Assembly (NCBI GenBank): GCA_041690395.1
Contig: JAWLHJ010000001.1
Location: 480,001 to 544,000, forward strand
DNA length: 64,000 nucleotides
Reading direction: 5' to 3'
Source of the DNA: Longimicrobiales bacterium
GTDB lineage: Bacteria > Gemmatimonadota > Gemmatimonadetes > Longimicrobiales > Gaopeijiaceae
The position numbers and the translations under genes were made by a program. Positions 43,819 through 53,226 of the stretch are shown here, in pieces (positions within the stretch are counted from its first letter, which is position 1; every line of letters starts with the position of its first letter). Below the pieces are notes generated by a model. That model was given only the letters and a program-made list of their open reading frames with translations, did not search any database and was not told the DNA's origin.

Positions 43819-44721
43819 GTGGTACACGAGAGCGCGGGCGGCACCTACGTGGTGGAGCTCGACGACGGCCGCAGGGTCGAGGCGAGCCTACGGGGTCGGG
43901 TGAAGCGCGCGACCAGCCATCAGGGTCAGGTGGTCATCGGCGACCGCGTCGGCGTGACCGAGTCCGGCGACTCGTGGACGGTCGAGTCCGTGGAGCCGCG
44001 CGAGTCCGCGTTGGTGCGGCGCGGACGTGGGGGTCGTGCGGGTAAGATTCTCGCGGCCAACCTCGACCGGGTCCTGACGGTGGTCGCGCTCCGTGACCCC
44101 CCGGCGAATCCGGACCTGGTCGACCGGCTCCTCGCTCTCGTCGAAGCCAGCGGCATGCGGCCCATGCTGGTCGTCAACAAGGTCGATCTGGCGATCGGAA
44201 CCGACGAGCTCGCGAAGCTCGTCGACCTCTACGAGTCGCTCGGGTACCGCGTGCTCCCGGTCAGCGCGCACTCGGGCGACGGAGTGGACGAGCTGCGGAC
44301 GCTGCTGGCGGACGGGTCGTCGGCTCTGGTCGGGCCGTCCGGGGTGGGGAAGTCGTCGCTGCTGAACGCCCTCGAGCCCGGACTCTCCCTGAAGGTGGGA
44401 GGACTGTCGCGGAAGACGGGCACCGGAAAGCACACGACGGTCGGTTCCCGCCTGATCCGGTTGGAGAGCGGCGGCCTCGTGGCGGACACGCCGGGCTTCA
44501 GCGACGTCGGGCTCTGGGGTGTGGCGCCCGAAGACGTCGAAGCCTGCTTCCCGGAGATCGAGGCCGAGGCCGAGGGATGCCACTTCCGCTCGTGCACGCA
44601 CCGGACCGAGCCCAAATGCGCGGTGCGCGACGCGGTGGAGGAGGGGCGGCTGTTCGCCTCGAGATACGCGAGCTATCTGGCGCTGCGGGCCGACGCGGAG
44701 GACGCGGCGGACCCGGGTTAG
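43819..44721 (+). CDS. rsgA: Ribosome small subunit-dependent GTPase A
   Basis: NKVD, GPSGVGKSS, GKHTT, DTPG, CHFRSCTHRTEPKC; the frame is open from 43729 but GTG 43819 downstream of the hairpin is preferred. Confidence 0.95.
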   Translation: MVHESAGGTYVVELDDGRRVEASLRGRVKRATSHQGQVVIGDRVGVTESGDSWTVESVEPRESALVRRGRGGRAGKILAANLDRVLTVVALRDPPANPDLVDRLLALVEASGMRPMLVVNKVDLAIGTDELAKLVDLYESLGYRVLPVSAHSGDGVDELRTLLADGSSALVGPSGVGKSSLLNALEPGLSLKVGGLSRKTGTGKHTTVGSRLIRLESGGLVADTPGFSDVGLWGVAPEDVEACFPEIEAEAEGCHFRSCTHRTEPKCAVRDAVEEGRLFASRYASYLALRADAEDAADPG

Positions 44722-44773
44722 GGCTCGGTCGAGGGGAGAGGGTCCGCCCGTGCCCGGCTGCTTCCGCCCGAGG

Positions 44774-44919
44774 TTCGAAAGTCGTTCGAAAGTCGAAAGA
44801 TCTTCGAGGGCCTTGTGCCGGTGATTCCCGGGGCGTTGTCCGCGCCATAGCGGTGTTTCGAGGCCGACGTTGCCGTGGGCGCGCCGGAAGCGATCGTTCG
44901 ACTTTCGAACGACTTTCGA
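44774..44919 (+). repeat. Dispersed ~146-bp inverted-arm element, copy 4 (146 bp)
   Basis: TTCGAAAGTCGTTCGAAAGTCGAAAGAT ... GATCGTTCGACTTTCGAACGACTTTCGA (near-perfect inverted arms). Confidence 0.94.
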
Positions 44920-45023
44920 GGCAGCGACAAGAGACGCAACTCTACGCAGTCCGTGTGCAGTCCGACCCCCAGCCCGCCCGCCGCTGCCGCGCCGCCGCCG
45001 CCCCGGCTCCCGACGACCCCGAC

Positions 45024-45806
45024 TCAGCCCGACGCCAACGGCGTGACCCTCGGGGCTCCGGTCGTCGGGTCCGCGTGCACCGCGAGCGGCCATCCGTACA
45101 CGGCCCGAAGGATGTCCTCGCGCACGACGTCGCCCGGCGTGCCCTCCGCTGCGACGACACCGCGCGACAGCAGCAGCAGCCGGTCGGCGAACCGGGCCGC
45201 CATGTCGAGCCCGTGCGTGATCAGGAGCACGGTCATGCCCGAGTCGGCCGAGGAGCGCAGCAGCTCCAGGATCGTCATCTCGTGCCCGATGTCGAGGCTG
45301 GCGGTGGGCTCGTCGAGCACGAGCGCCCGGGGCTCCTGGGCGAGGGCGCGGGCCAGCCGGGCCCGCTGGAACTCGCCGCCCGAGAGGGTCGTGACGTCCC
45401 GCCCCGCCAGCTCGGTCAGGTCGCACGATACGAGCGCGCGCTCGATCGCCTCGCGGTCGCGGTCCCGCTCCCGCTCCAGGGGCCCGAGGTACGGATACCG
45501 CCCCATCGCGACCAGCTCTCTCGTGGTGAGCGGGAACGAGATCGACTCCGACTGCGTCACCGCCCCCACGGCGCGCGCCAGCTCGCGACGCTCCCAGGCG
45601 GTGACCGGACGGCCGTCGATCTCGACCCGGCCCCGCTCCGTCGGCAGCAGGCCGAGCAGCGCCCGCATGAGGGACGACTTCCCCGAGCCGTTCGGGCCCA
45701 GCACGGCATACAACGACCCCGAGGGGACATCCATGGAGACGTCGTCGAGGGCCGGCCTATCACTCCCCGGATACCGCACCACCAGCCCCTCCGCCGTGAG
45801 CCTCAT
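45024..45806 (-). CDS. Iron-chelate/cobalamin ABC transporter ATP-binding protein
   Basis: GPNGSGKSS, LSGGEFQR, LDEPTASLD. Confidence 0.92.
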   Translation of the reverse strand: MRLTAEGLVVRYPGSDRPALDDVSMDVPSGSLYAVLGPNGSGKSSLMRALLGLLPTERGRVEIDGRPVTAWERRELARAVGAVTQSESISFPLTTRELVAMGRYPYLGPLERERDRDREAIERALVSCDLTELAGRDVTTLSGGEFQRARLARALAQEPRALVLDEPTASLDIGHEMTILELLRSSADSGMTVLLITHGLDMAARFADRLLLLSRGVVAAEGTPGDVVREDILRAVYGWPLAVHADPTTGAPRVTPLASG

Positions 45807-46795
45807 GGCGTGGCGACGCTCCGGCGCAGCAGGACCAGGAAGAAGGGCACGCCGACGAACGCCGTGATCACCCCGATGGGGATCTCCGTCGGAGCCAGGG
45901 CCAGGCGCGCACCGAGGTCCGCCAGCGTGAGGAAGGCCGCGCCGGCCAGGAAGGAGAGCGGCAGGAGCGCGCGGTGGTCCGATCCGATCACGAGGCGCAC
46001 CGCGTGCGGAACCACGAGCCCCACGAAGCCGATGACGCCGGCGACCGCGACGCCCGACGCGGTGATCAGCGCCGCGACCACCAGCGAGATCCGCTTCACC
46101 CGCTCGACGTCGGCGCCGAGGTGGTGGGCGGTCTCCTCGCCGATGGCCAGCAGGTTGAGCGGGCGGGCCATCGCCACGAGGAGGAGCACGGCCGGGGTCG
46201 TGTAGACGGCCGTCAGCAGGACGCTCCGCCAGGTGGCGCCCGCGAGGCTGCCCATGATCCACAGGACGGCGCTCTGGACGGTCCGCGCCGGCGAGATGGC
46301 CAGGATGAACGCGATACACGCCGAGAAGAAGGCCGCGACGACCACCCCCGCGAGCAGGAGGACCCGCACGTCCATGGCGCGGCCCGTGGCGGTCGCCACC
46401 CGGAAAACGAGCACGATCGCGAGCACGGCACCGGCGAACGCGGCCAGCGGGAGCGCCCACGACCCGGCCGCCACCCAGCCGAACGCCAGCACCAGCACCG
46501 CGCCCACGGAGGCCCCGCCCGATATCCCCAGGATATAGGGTTCGGCGAGCGGATTGCGCAGGAGCGCCTGGAATGTGGCACCGGCGATCGCGAGGCCGCC
46601 GCCGACGAGCACGCCGAGGAAGACCCGTGGCAGCCGCAGCCGGAGCACGATGTCCTGGACGACAGGGTCGCCGTTGCCGCCGAGCGCGGCCAGGACCTCG
46701 GCGGTGGTCAGGGGCACCGAGCCGAGCCGCACGCTCAGGAGCACCGAGACGAGCGTCGCGATGAGGAGACCGACGCCGAGCGTCCAGCGGCTCAT
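45803..46795 (-). CDS. FecCD/BtuC-family ABC permease
   Basis: LRLPRV, FQALLRNPLAEPYILG, GEETAHHLG, IGFVGLVVPH. Confidence 0.94.
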   Translation of the reverse strand: MSRWTLGVGLLIATLVSVLLSVRLGSVPLTTAEVLAALGGNGDPVVQDIVLRLRLPRVFLGVLVGGGLAIAGATFQALLRNPLAEPYILGISGGASVGAVLVLAFGWVAAGSWALPLAAFAGAVLAIVLVFRVATATGRAMDVRVLLLAGVVVAAFFSACIAFILAISPARTVQSAVLWIMGSLAGATWRSVLLTAVYTTPAVLLLVAMARPLNLLAIGEETAHHLGADVERVKRISLVVAALITASGVAVAGVIGFVGLVVPHAVRLVIGSDHRALLPLSFLAGAAFLTLADLGARLALAPTEIPIGVITAFVGVPFFLVLLRRSVATP

Positions 46796-47694
46796 GGTGA
46801 AGCGGGCGCGAGGGGCCCGTGGATGAGCTCGGCCAGCTGCAGCGCGGCGTCCGCGAGATGGGGCCCGGGGATCTCGATGCTCTCATCGACGATCTCGATG
46901 CGCGCGTCCGGCGCGAGCGACGGGTCGAAGACGTCCGTTCCCGAGACCAGCACGACGTCGATCTCCCGGGACCGGATCTCCTCCGGACTCACCCCGGCGT
47001 ACAACTCGCCCAGGTCGGAGAACACGTTGTCGCCGCCAGCCAGCGTGACGAGCTCATGGATGTACGTGCCGGGTCCGGCCACCCACGGCGGCGTGCCGCC
47101 GAGCACGTATGCGACCCGCTTCCGGGGATGCGGGCGGACCCGTTCCTCGACTTCGGCCAGGCCCGCCTCGATGCGGGCGACGAGCTCGGCCGCCGACGCC
47201 TCGAGTCCGGTGGCGCGGCCGAGGACGCGCACGGTCTCCAGCACGTCCTCGACACGGTCCGGCCGCACGGCGATGTGCGGAATACCGAGGTCGTCCAGAC
47301 GGGCCGGCGTGCGGCGGTCCTGGCTCCCGGCGAAGCGCACGACGAGGTCCGGTCGGAGCGAGACGATGGCCTCGAGGTTGGGCTCGAGCCCGCCCCCCAC
47401 CGACGGGAGGTCGGCCACCCACGCGCCGGTGTCGAAGTCGGTCCGGCCGACGAGTCGGTCCGCGGCACCGATCTCGCGCAGCGTGAGGGTCGCGGAGGGA
47501 ACCAGCGAGATGATGCGGGTGGCGGAACCCTGCGGTTCCGGGCGATCGCCCTCCTGCGCACCTTCCTCCGCCCCGTCCCCCCCACACGCCGCCGCGAAGA
47601 TCGTGAGGAGGAGTGCGTGCACGACGCCGGCGATACGTCGGAAGGCGCGCCGTCGCCTCGGAAGAGGAGTCCGCGCCCGGTGCGGGCGGATCAA
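46792..47694 (-). CDS. BtuF-like helical-backbone substrate-binding lipoprotein
   Basis: FAAAC lipobox, RIISLVPSAT, VGGGLEPNLEAIVSLRPDLV, IPGPHL; start uncertain. Confidence 0.85.
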   Translation of the reverse strand: MIRPHRARTPLPRRRRAFRRIAGVVHALLLTIFAAACGGDGAEEGAQEGDRPEPQGSATRIISLVPSATLTLREIGAADRLVGRTDFDTGAWVADLPSVGGGLEPNLEAIVSLRPDLVVRFAGSQDRRTPARLDDLGIPHIAVRPDRVEDVLETVRVLGRATGLEASAAELVARIEAGLAEVEERVRPHPRKRVAYVLGGTPPWVAGPGTYIHELVTLAGGDNVFSDLGELYAGVSPEEIRSREIDVVLVSGTDVFDPSLAPDARIEIVDESIEIPGPHLADAALQLAELIHGPLAPASP

Positions 47695-48683
47695 CGCTCC
47701 GTGGTCCCCGCGGTGTGCGGGCAGGCGCTGCCGAACGACCGCGCCCAGCGGCCGTCCGGGCCCCGCTCGAGGGCCACGTATCCGCGGAGACCCTCGCCGA
47801 AGACCTCGAGGAGCACGTCGTCACTCCCGTCCTGGTCCCAGTCGAGGTGCCCGAAGAAGCGGGGCGCGGCCTTCCCCTCCTCGGCCGTGCGGTAGGACAG
47901 GTAGGTTTCCCTGAAGCCCTGCGGGCCCTGGTCGGCCATGATGAACAGGGAGTACGCCGTGGGGCTGGGCGCGGACGTGTCGAGTGTGTCGCCCACGACG
48001 AACGAGGCCGCGAACGACGCCGTGGCGTCTCCGCTCGGCCGGAACGCCCGGATGTCTCGTCGGACCGGAAGCATGCCGTTGGGCGGCCATGGCGCCCCGA
48101 CGCGGGGTAGCGCGTTGCGGCCGATGTCGAGCGACGCGACCCGCTGGTTGTACGTGTGCGCCAGCGGAGCGTAGTCGTCGAAGGGCCACTCCCCGGCGAG
48201 GGTCGCGGGTAGCGCCAGAAGCCGATCCGCGTTGACGGCGGCCGGGAGAAGGCGTGGTACCGCGTCGAGCACCATGCCGAGGCCGCACACCTGGGACGAA
48301 GCTCGAGTGCCGGAGACGGTGGCGGTGCCGACGCGCACTCCGGCAGCGAAGAGGATCCACTCGGAGTCGGCTCCGAGTGCATCGAGGGCAAGATCTCGTC
48401 GGTCCGGATCGGTGGGGAGCGGCTCGAGCCCCGAAGCGCCGAGCATACCGACCGGAGTCAGGGTGAGGGCGGATCCGGTCCTGGTGCCCGCCAGCAGCAG
48501 CGGTCCGATGGGCTCCGGCTCGGCCACGGCCTCGGCGGGGGCCGCCGCCGACTCGGTTCCCGGCGCCCCCTCGCTCGTGGTCTCCGGCGACTCCACGCTC
48601 ACCTCGATGCCGCCCCAGGCCACGTTGTCGCAGCCGGTGGGCACGGTTAAGATCACCGCAATCGCTAGAAAATGGCGTCGCAT
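47691..48683 (-). CDS. Hypothetical lipoprotein
   Basis: MRRHFLAIAVILTVPTGC lipobox; FG-GAP-like LDWDQDGSDDVLL; stop overlaps the next gene. Confidence 0.65.
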   Translation of the reverse strand: MRRHFLAIAVILTVPTGCDNVAWGGIEVSVESPETTSEGAPGTESAAAPAEAVAEPEPIGPLLLAGTRTGSALTLTPVGMLGASGLEPLPTDPDRRDLALDALGADSEWILFAAGVRVGTATVSGTRASSQVCGLGMVLDAVPRLLPAAVNADRLLALPATLAGEWPFDDYAPLAHTYNQRVASLDIGRNALPRVGAPWPPNGMLPVRRDIRAFRPSGDATASFAASFVVGDTLDTSAPSPTAYSLFIMADQGPQGFRETYLSYRTAEEGKAAPRFFGHLDWDQDGSDDVLLEVFGEGLRGYVALERGPDGRWARSFGSACPHTAGTTER

Positions 48684-48825
48684 CTGGCCTTCGGGTCGGT
48701 TCGCGCGGTTCGGGACCGCCTTGGCGCGGGCTTCCGAAAGCTAGCGGTGAGGCACCGTCGAGCAAGCGCGGGCCCCGAGCCCCGCCCGGCGACGGCAGAA
48801 TCCCCTGCGTGACACGCGGAGCAAC

Positions 48826-49311
48826 ATGGATCGAAGCGCGAACGAGGTCGACTTCCGCCACGTCATGCGGCGTTTTCCCACCGGCGTCACCATCGTCGCG
48901 GTGGCCGACGCGGCCGGAGAGCCGTGGGGCCTCACGGTCAGCTCCTTCACGTCGGTGTCGCTCGACCCGCCGCTCGTGCTCGTCTGTATCGACCGGTCGT
49001 CCGATACCCACGACAAGCTGGTCGAGGCGCGAGGCTTCGGCGTCAGCGTGCTGTCGGCGAGCCAGGCCGGCGTCGCGAGCCGGTTCGCGGTCGACCCTTC
49101 CGAGGGACGGTTCAACGAGGTGGCCTGGGGGCTCGGACCCGCTGGATACCCGGTGCTGCATGGAGCCGCCGCGTGGCTCGAGTGCGACCTGCACGACGTG
49201 CTTCCCGGCGGAGACCATTCGATCATCCTGGGTCAGGTGCGAGGCACCGGAGTGTCCGACCGGCCGTCGATGGTCTACCACGAAGGTGCCTTCGGATCGG
49301 TCGCTCCGTGA
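48826..49311 (+). CDS. Flavin reductase family protein
   Basis: FRHVMRRFPTGVTIV, GLTVSSFTSVSLDPPLVLVC, GGDHSIILG. Confidence 0.94.
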   Translation: MDRSANEVDFRHVMRRFPTGVTIVAVADAAGEPWGLTVSSFTSVSLDPPLVLVCIDRSSDTHDKLVEARGFGVSVLSASQAGVASRFAVDPSEGRFNEVAWGLGPAGYPVLHGAAAWLECDLHDVLPGGDHSIILGQVRGTGVSDRPSMVYHEGAFGSVAP

Positions 49312-50693
49312 CGAGCCCCGCCCGCCATCCCCTGGGGTGGGCGCCCGTGCTCGTGGTGGGAATCGTGTGCGCGGTGGCCGCGGAGGTCGCTATCGGCCTT
49401 CTCCTCTATGCCGGACCGGGCTTCAACCGGTCGCTGACGACGCTCCTCACGGTCGAGGCGCTCGCCCTCGCCGTCGGAATGCGCTTCCCGGTGCCGGCGC
49501 CGGAGATCACCGACGGACTCAGGCGCCGGTGGCTGCTGGCCCTCGTGGCGTTCCTGGTCGCCACCGTGTTCGGAACGCTGTGGACCATCATGCCGAGCCT
49601 GGGAAGCGGACGGTGGGGTCAGGGGTTCGGCCTCGCCGTGCTCGCGGGGCTGCCGCTCTACGCCTGCGGTACCCTGTTCAGCGGGCTGGCCGGGGAGGCG
49701 AGTGAGCAAGGCCCGCCGGCCGGCGCTCGGCTGGCGGCGGTCGGCACGCTCGGGGCGGCCCTCGGCTTCTCCGCGACGGGTCTGCTCCTGCCCCGCGCCC
49801 CCACGCCGTCGTCGCTCCTGGTCGGATGCCTCGTGCTCCTCTCCCTGGCGGGCATGGCCTACGGCGTCGTGCGGACCGGCCGGCCGCGTCGTCGTCTGGT
49901 CGCCGAGGGATGCGCTGGGCCGCCGCCGGTGCGGGTCGAGGAGCGGGTCGAGGCCGGGGGCCGGGCGGTGGATTGGGTTCTGATGGAGGGTCCCGTCGTG
50001 CGCGCGGTGCGGCGCATGGCTGTCGCGGACGCCCCCGGCGGCCGGCGTCACGAGGGCGATCGTCCCGATGACGGACCCTGGGACGTGGCTGCGGTCCGCG
50101 AACGTGCCGCGTCCGCGCCTGGTGGCTGGCGCCTTCTGCACGTGGGTGGGGGAGCGTCGCGGGCCGCGCTGGTGGCGGTACGAGACGGCGGCGCCGCGGA
50201 GGCGACCGTGCTCGAGCGGGCTCACTGCGTCGTGGATCTGGGGCGGTCGCACTTCGCGACCGGCCTGCCGGACCAGGACCAGGACGCGGCCGTCGCGCCT
50301 GCGCTCGCCGCGCCCCCGGACGCGCCAGCGACCGTTCCCGCGGACGCCCCACCGGGCCTCCGCGTCCGGGTCGGCAACGTCGGCGATGCCGTCCGGGAGC
50401 TGACCGGCCACTACGACCTGGTCCTCGTCGACGGGCGGATGCTCGACGCGATCGGAGGGGCCGATGCGCTCTCGCTGGCCGCCCGTGAGGAGCTGGCTCG
50501 CCTCGTAGGTCCGGGGGGAGCGATGGTGTGGGGTCCGAAGGCCGCGCACCACCCGAAAGGGCTGGCCGGACCGGGGTGGGCCGCCAGCCGGCGCGACCGG
50601 TCGGATCCGGTCGAGGAAGTGCTGGTGCTCCGCCGGGAGGAGGCGCCGAGCCCGGTCGCGACGTCTCCGGAGGGAGGCCCGACGACGTCGTGA
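49308..50693 (+). CDS. Membrane protein fused to a divergent spermidine-synthase/SAM-methyltransferase-like domain
   Basis: Several N-terminal TM helices; LLHVGGGAS, VLERAHCVVDLGRSHF, YDLVLVDG, ARLVGPGG; GTGA overlaps at both ends. Confidence 0.6.
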   Translation: MTSPARHPLGWAPVLVVGIVCAVAAEVAIGLLLYAGPGFNRSLTTLLTVEALALAVGMRFPVPAPEITDGLRRRWLLALVAFLVATVFGTLWTIMPSLGSGRWGQGFGLAVLAGLPLYACGTLFSGLAGEASEQGPPAGARLAAVGTLGAALGFSATGLLLPRAPTPSSLLVGCLVLLSLAGMAYGVVRTGRPRRRLVAEGCAGPPPVRVEERVEAGGRAVDWVLMEGPVVRAVRRMAVADAPGGRRHEGDRPDDGPWDVAAVRERAASAPGGWRLLHVGGGASRAALVAVRDGGAAEATVLERAHCVVDLGRSHFATGLPDQDQDAAVAPALAAPPDAPATVPADAPPGLRVRVGNVGDAVRELTGHYDLVLVDGRMLDAIGGADALSLAAREELARLVGPGGAMVWGPKAAHHPKGLAGPGWAASRRDRSDPVEEVLVLRREEAPSPVATSPEGGPTTS

Positions 50694-53215
50694 TCGTCGC
50701 CCACCTCTCGGATCTGCACCTCGGATTCCGTGCGTACGGACGCGTCGAGTCCGACATGGACATCCGGGAGCGCGACGTGTCGGCCGCGTTCGAGCGGACC
50801 GCGGCCGAGCTCGTGCGGCTGGCACCCGCCGTCGTGGTAGTGGCCGGTGACGTCTTCGACCGGCCCGATCCGCCGGCGGGAGCGGTCGTCGCGCTCGCTC
50901 GCGGGCTCGAGCTGCTCCGCTCGTCGCTTCCCGACACGCCCGTGCTCATGGTCGCCGGCCCCCGTGACACGCCGCGGCGGTCGGGCGACCCTGGCGCGCT
51001 GGCCGTCCTCGACACTTTCTCCAACGTCGAGGCCGCGACCACCCTCACGCGGTCCATCATGATCGACGAGCTCGACCTGATGGCGTGCCTGATGCCGTAC
51101 CGGGCGGTGCTTCGCCATCCCCCGGTCGTGCCGGAGCCGGACCCCCGACGCAAGTGGAACATCCTCGTGCTCCACGCTCGGGCCGACCAGCCGGGCACGG
51201 AGCGGGGCGTCCACGTCGATCCGTCGGATTGGGACTACGTGGCGCTCGGCGGGGAGCACCGCCGACACGGGATCACGGACCGCGTGCGCTACGCCGGCTC
51301 GCTCGAGCGGGTCGCGCTCGATCCCTGGGACGAGGCCACCGATCAGAAGGGCTTCCTGACCGTGGACCTCGAGCGCGGCACCACCACGTTCCATCCGATC
51401 CCCGGGCGGCCGGTGGTCGCACTGGCCCCCATCAAGGTCGGCTCGGGCGATCCCGATCGGATCCGTCGGCGGGTGCGCGAAGTGACCGAGGAGGTGCCGG
51501 GGGGCATCGACGGCAAGATCGTGCGGATCCGCCTGGAGGGTGCCACCCCGTTCGACCTCCTGGCTCTCCAGGGAGAGCCGATGGAGGCGCTGCGGAGCCG
51601 CGCCCTGCATCTCGCCGTCGAGGCGGGGAAGGAGCCACGCGTGCCGGCCGAGGCTTGGCTGCCGTCGGAGGGGGCGCGCCGGCTCCGGGAGGCGGTCCAG
51701 GCGGAGCTGGAGCGCGAGGCGACGCGCTCGCCGGAGACCGACGTCCTGGTGGCGCGTTGGCTCCCCGACGTGGCCGACCAGGATATCGGTCGTCCGATCG
51801 GCAGGATGGAGACGCTGGACGGCGTCCTCGAAGGGCTGGGGCGGGTGAGCACGTCGATCCCGGCCGGGCTGACCGCGATCTTCGGGGGTGGGTCACGGAC
51901 ACGCAGGGCCGTGGCGCAGCTGGTCCAGACGCGGGTCGACGAGCCCGACGCGCTCGGTCGCCTCTGGCGTGGCACCGAGGCGGAGACGCTGGACGGCGCG
52001 CTTCGTCTCGCCGTCGAGGCGGTGGCGGCGAGCCGCGGACTTCCGCTCGTCGACGCGGCGCTGGAGCGAGCCGGGGTCGCCCCGCGCGGATTCCGCGAGC
52101 ACGGCGCCCGGAGCTCCCGACCGGACCCTGACGCCGCCACCGACACGGCCGCCCCCGACCCGACGGCCCTGGCCGAGGAGCTGCGCACCGCCGAGCAGGA
52201 GCTCCTCGAGGTCCGTGCCGACGCCGCCGAGGTGGACGGCGACCTCGAGGTGGCGACGATGGACTGGCTGCGCGAGCGGCAGGACGCCGAGACGACCCTG
52301 CACGCGTACCGGGACCGGGCACGTGAGCTGCGCGCTCGGCTCCGGCGTATGGAGGCCGGCGGTCCCGAGGCACCCTGCCCGACGTGTGGCCGGGTGCTGG
52401 CGAGCCACTACGAGGAGGTGCTCGGAGAGCTGCGGGAGGAGTGGGAGGGGGTGGTCCAGGACGGAAGCTGGTGGCGAAGCCGATGGAATCAGCTGGAGAT
52501 GAAGCCGGTCCACCTGCGTGAGCTCGAAGGGCGTGCGGTCAGGCTGCACGCGGCCATCGAGGCGGGGTCGGAGCGGGTGGAGATCCTCCGCAACCGGCTC
52601 GCGGAGCGGGGCGGGGCTTCGGCCGCGGGTGTGTCCTCCCCGGAGCTGGGCGGGGCCGAGCGCGTGGTCGCCGAAGCGCTGCGAGCGGTGCGAGCGGCGC
52701 GCCTCACGCGGGCCCAGGACCTCGTCCTCGACAGGGCGTCACGCTTCCTGTGCCGGATCTCCGGCGGGCGTATCCTGGCCGTGACCGAAGGGGACGGCCG
52801 GGCCTGGTTGCAGGGGATCGGGGGGGTGCTCCAGCCGCTCACCGAGGAGGACCTCGCCTCGGCCCGACTCGCGCTGCGGCTCGCCGCCGCCTCGCTCGCC
52901 GCCGGGTCGGGTCGCATTCTCGCGTCGCTGCCGATCGAGGAGCCCTTCGACCGCCTCGACGAGGAGACCCGCAGCCGCGCGCTGCTCCTGCTGAGGGGGC
53001 TGATCCGCGAGATCCCGCGCATCGTGCTCATCACCCGCGGGATGGCCGTCGACGCACGCCCGGAGCTCTTCGACTACCTGCTCGAGGTGCGCGAAGACGG
53101 CACGCCGACCGGACCCATCCTGAAGCCGGTGCCCGCCGGACCGGGGTGGGTCGCCCTCCGCGCCCCTATGACGCGCCCGTCCCGGTCTTCGTCACGCAAC
53201 CTTTCGCGCCCGTGA
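50690..53215 (+). CDS. Fused SbcD-SbcC (Mre11-Rad50)-like protein with degenerate catalytic motifs, 841 aa
   Basis: HLSDLHLG, AGDVFD, DYVALG, YAGSLER (SbcD part); GLTAIFG, coiled coil with CPTC, ARLALRLA, IEEPFDRLD, VLIT (SbcC part); one uninterrupted frame. Confidence 0.85.
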   Translation: MIVAHLSDLHLGFRAYGRVESDMDIRERDVSAAFERTAAELVRLAPAVVVVAGDVFDRPDPPAGAVVALARGLELLRSSLPDTPVLMVAGPRDTPRRSGDPGALAVLDTFSNVEAATTLTRSIMIDELDLMACLMPYRAVLRHPPVVPEPDPRRKWNILVLHARADQPGTERGVHVDPSDWDYVALGGEHRRHGITDRVRYAGSLERVALDPWDEATDQKGFLTVDLERGTTTFHPIPGRPVVALAPIKVGSGDPDRIRRRVREVTEEVPGGIDGKIVRIRLEGATPFDLLALQGEPMEALRSRALHLAVEAGKEPRVPAEAWLPSEGARRLREAVQAELEREATRSPETDVLVARWLPDVADQDIGRPIGRMETLDGVLEGLGRVSTSIPAGLTAIFGGGSRTRRAVAQLVQTRVDEPDALGRLWRGTEAETLDGALRLAVEAVAASRGLPLVDAALERAGVAPRGFREHGARSSRPDPDAATDTAAPDPTALAEELRTAEQELLEVRADAAEVDGDLEVATMDWLRERQDAETTLHAYRDRARELRARLRRMEAGGPEAPCPTCGRVLASHYEEVLGELREEWEGVVQDGSWWRSRWNQLEMKPVHLRELEGRAVRLHAAIEAGSERVEILRNRLAERGGASAAGVSSPELGGAERVVAEALRAVRAARLTRAQDLVLDRASRFLCRISGGRILAVTEGDGRAWLQGIGGVLQPLTEEDLASARLALRLAAASLAAGSGRILASLPIEEPFDRLDEETRSRALLLLRGLIREIPRIVLITRGMAVDARPELFDYLLEVREDGTPTGPILKPVPAGPGWVALRAPMTRPSRSSSRNLSRP

Positions 53216-53226
53216 CTCGTCGTATC

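Noticed and set aside
48684..48825. Cobalamin riboswitch upstream of the btuFCD-like operon
   Set aside because: No GGGAA / GCCACTG / B12-box pattern is recognisable, so the transporter substrate is left unspecified.
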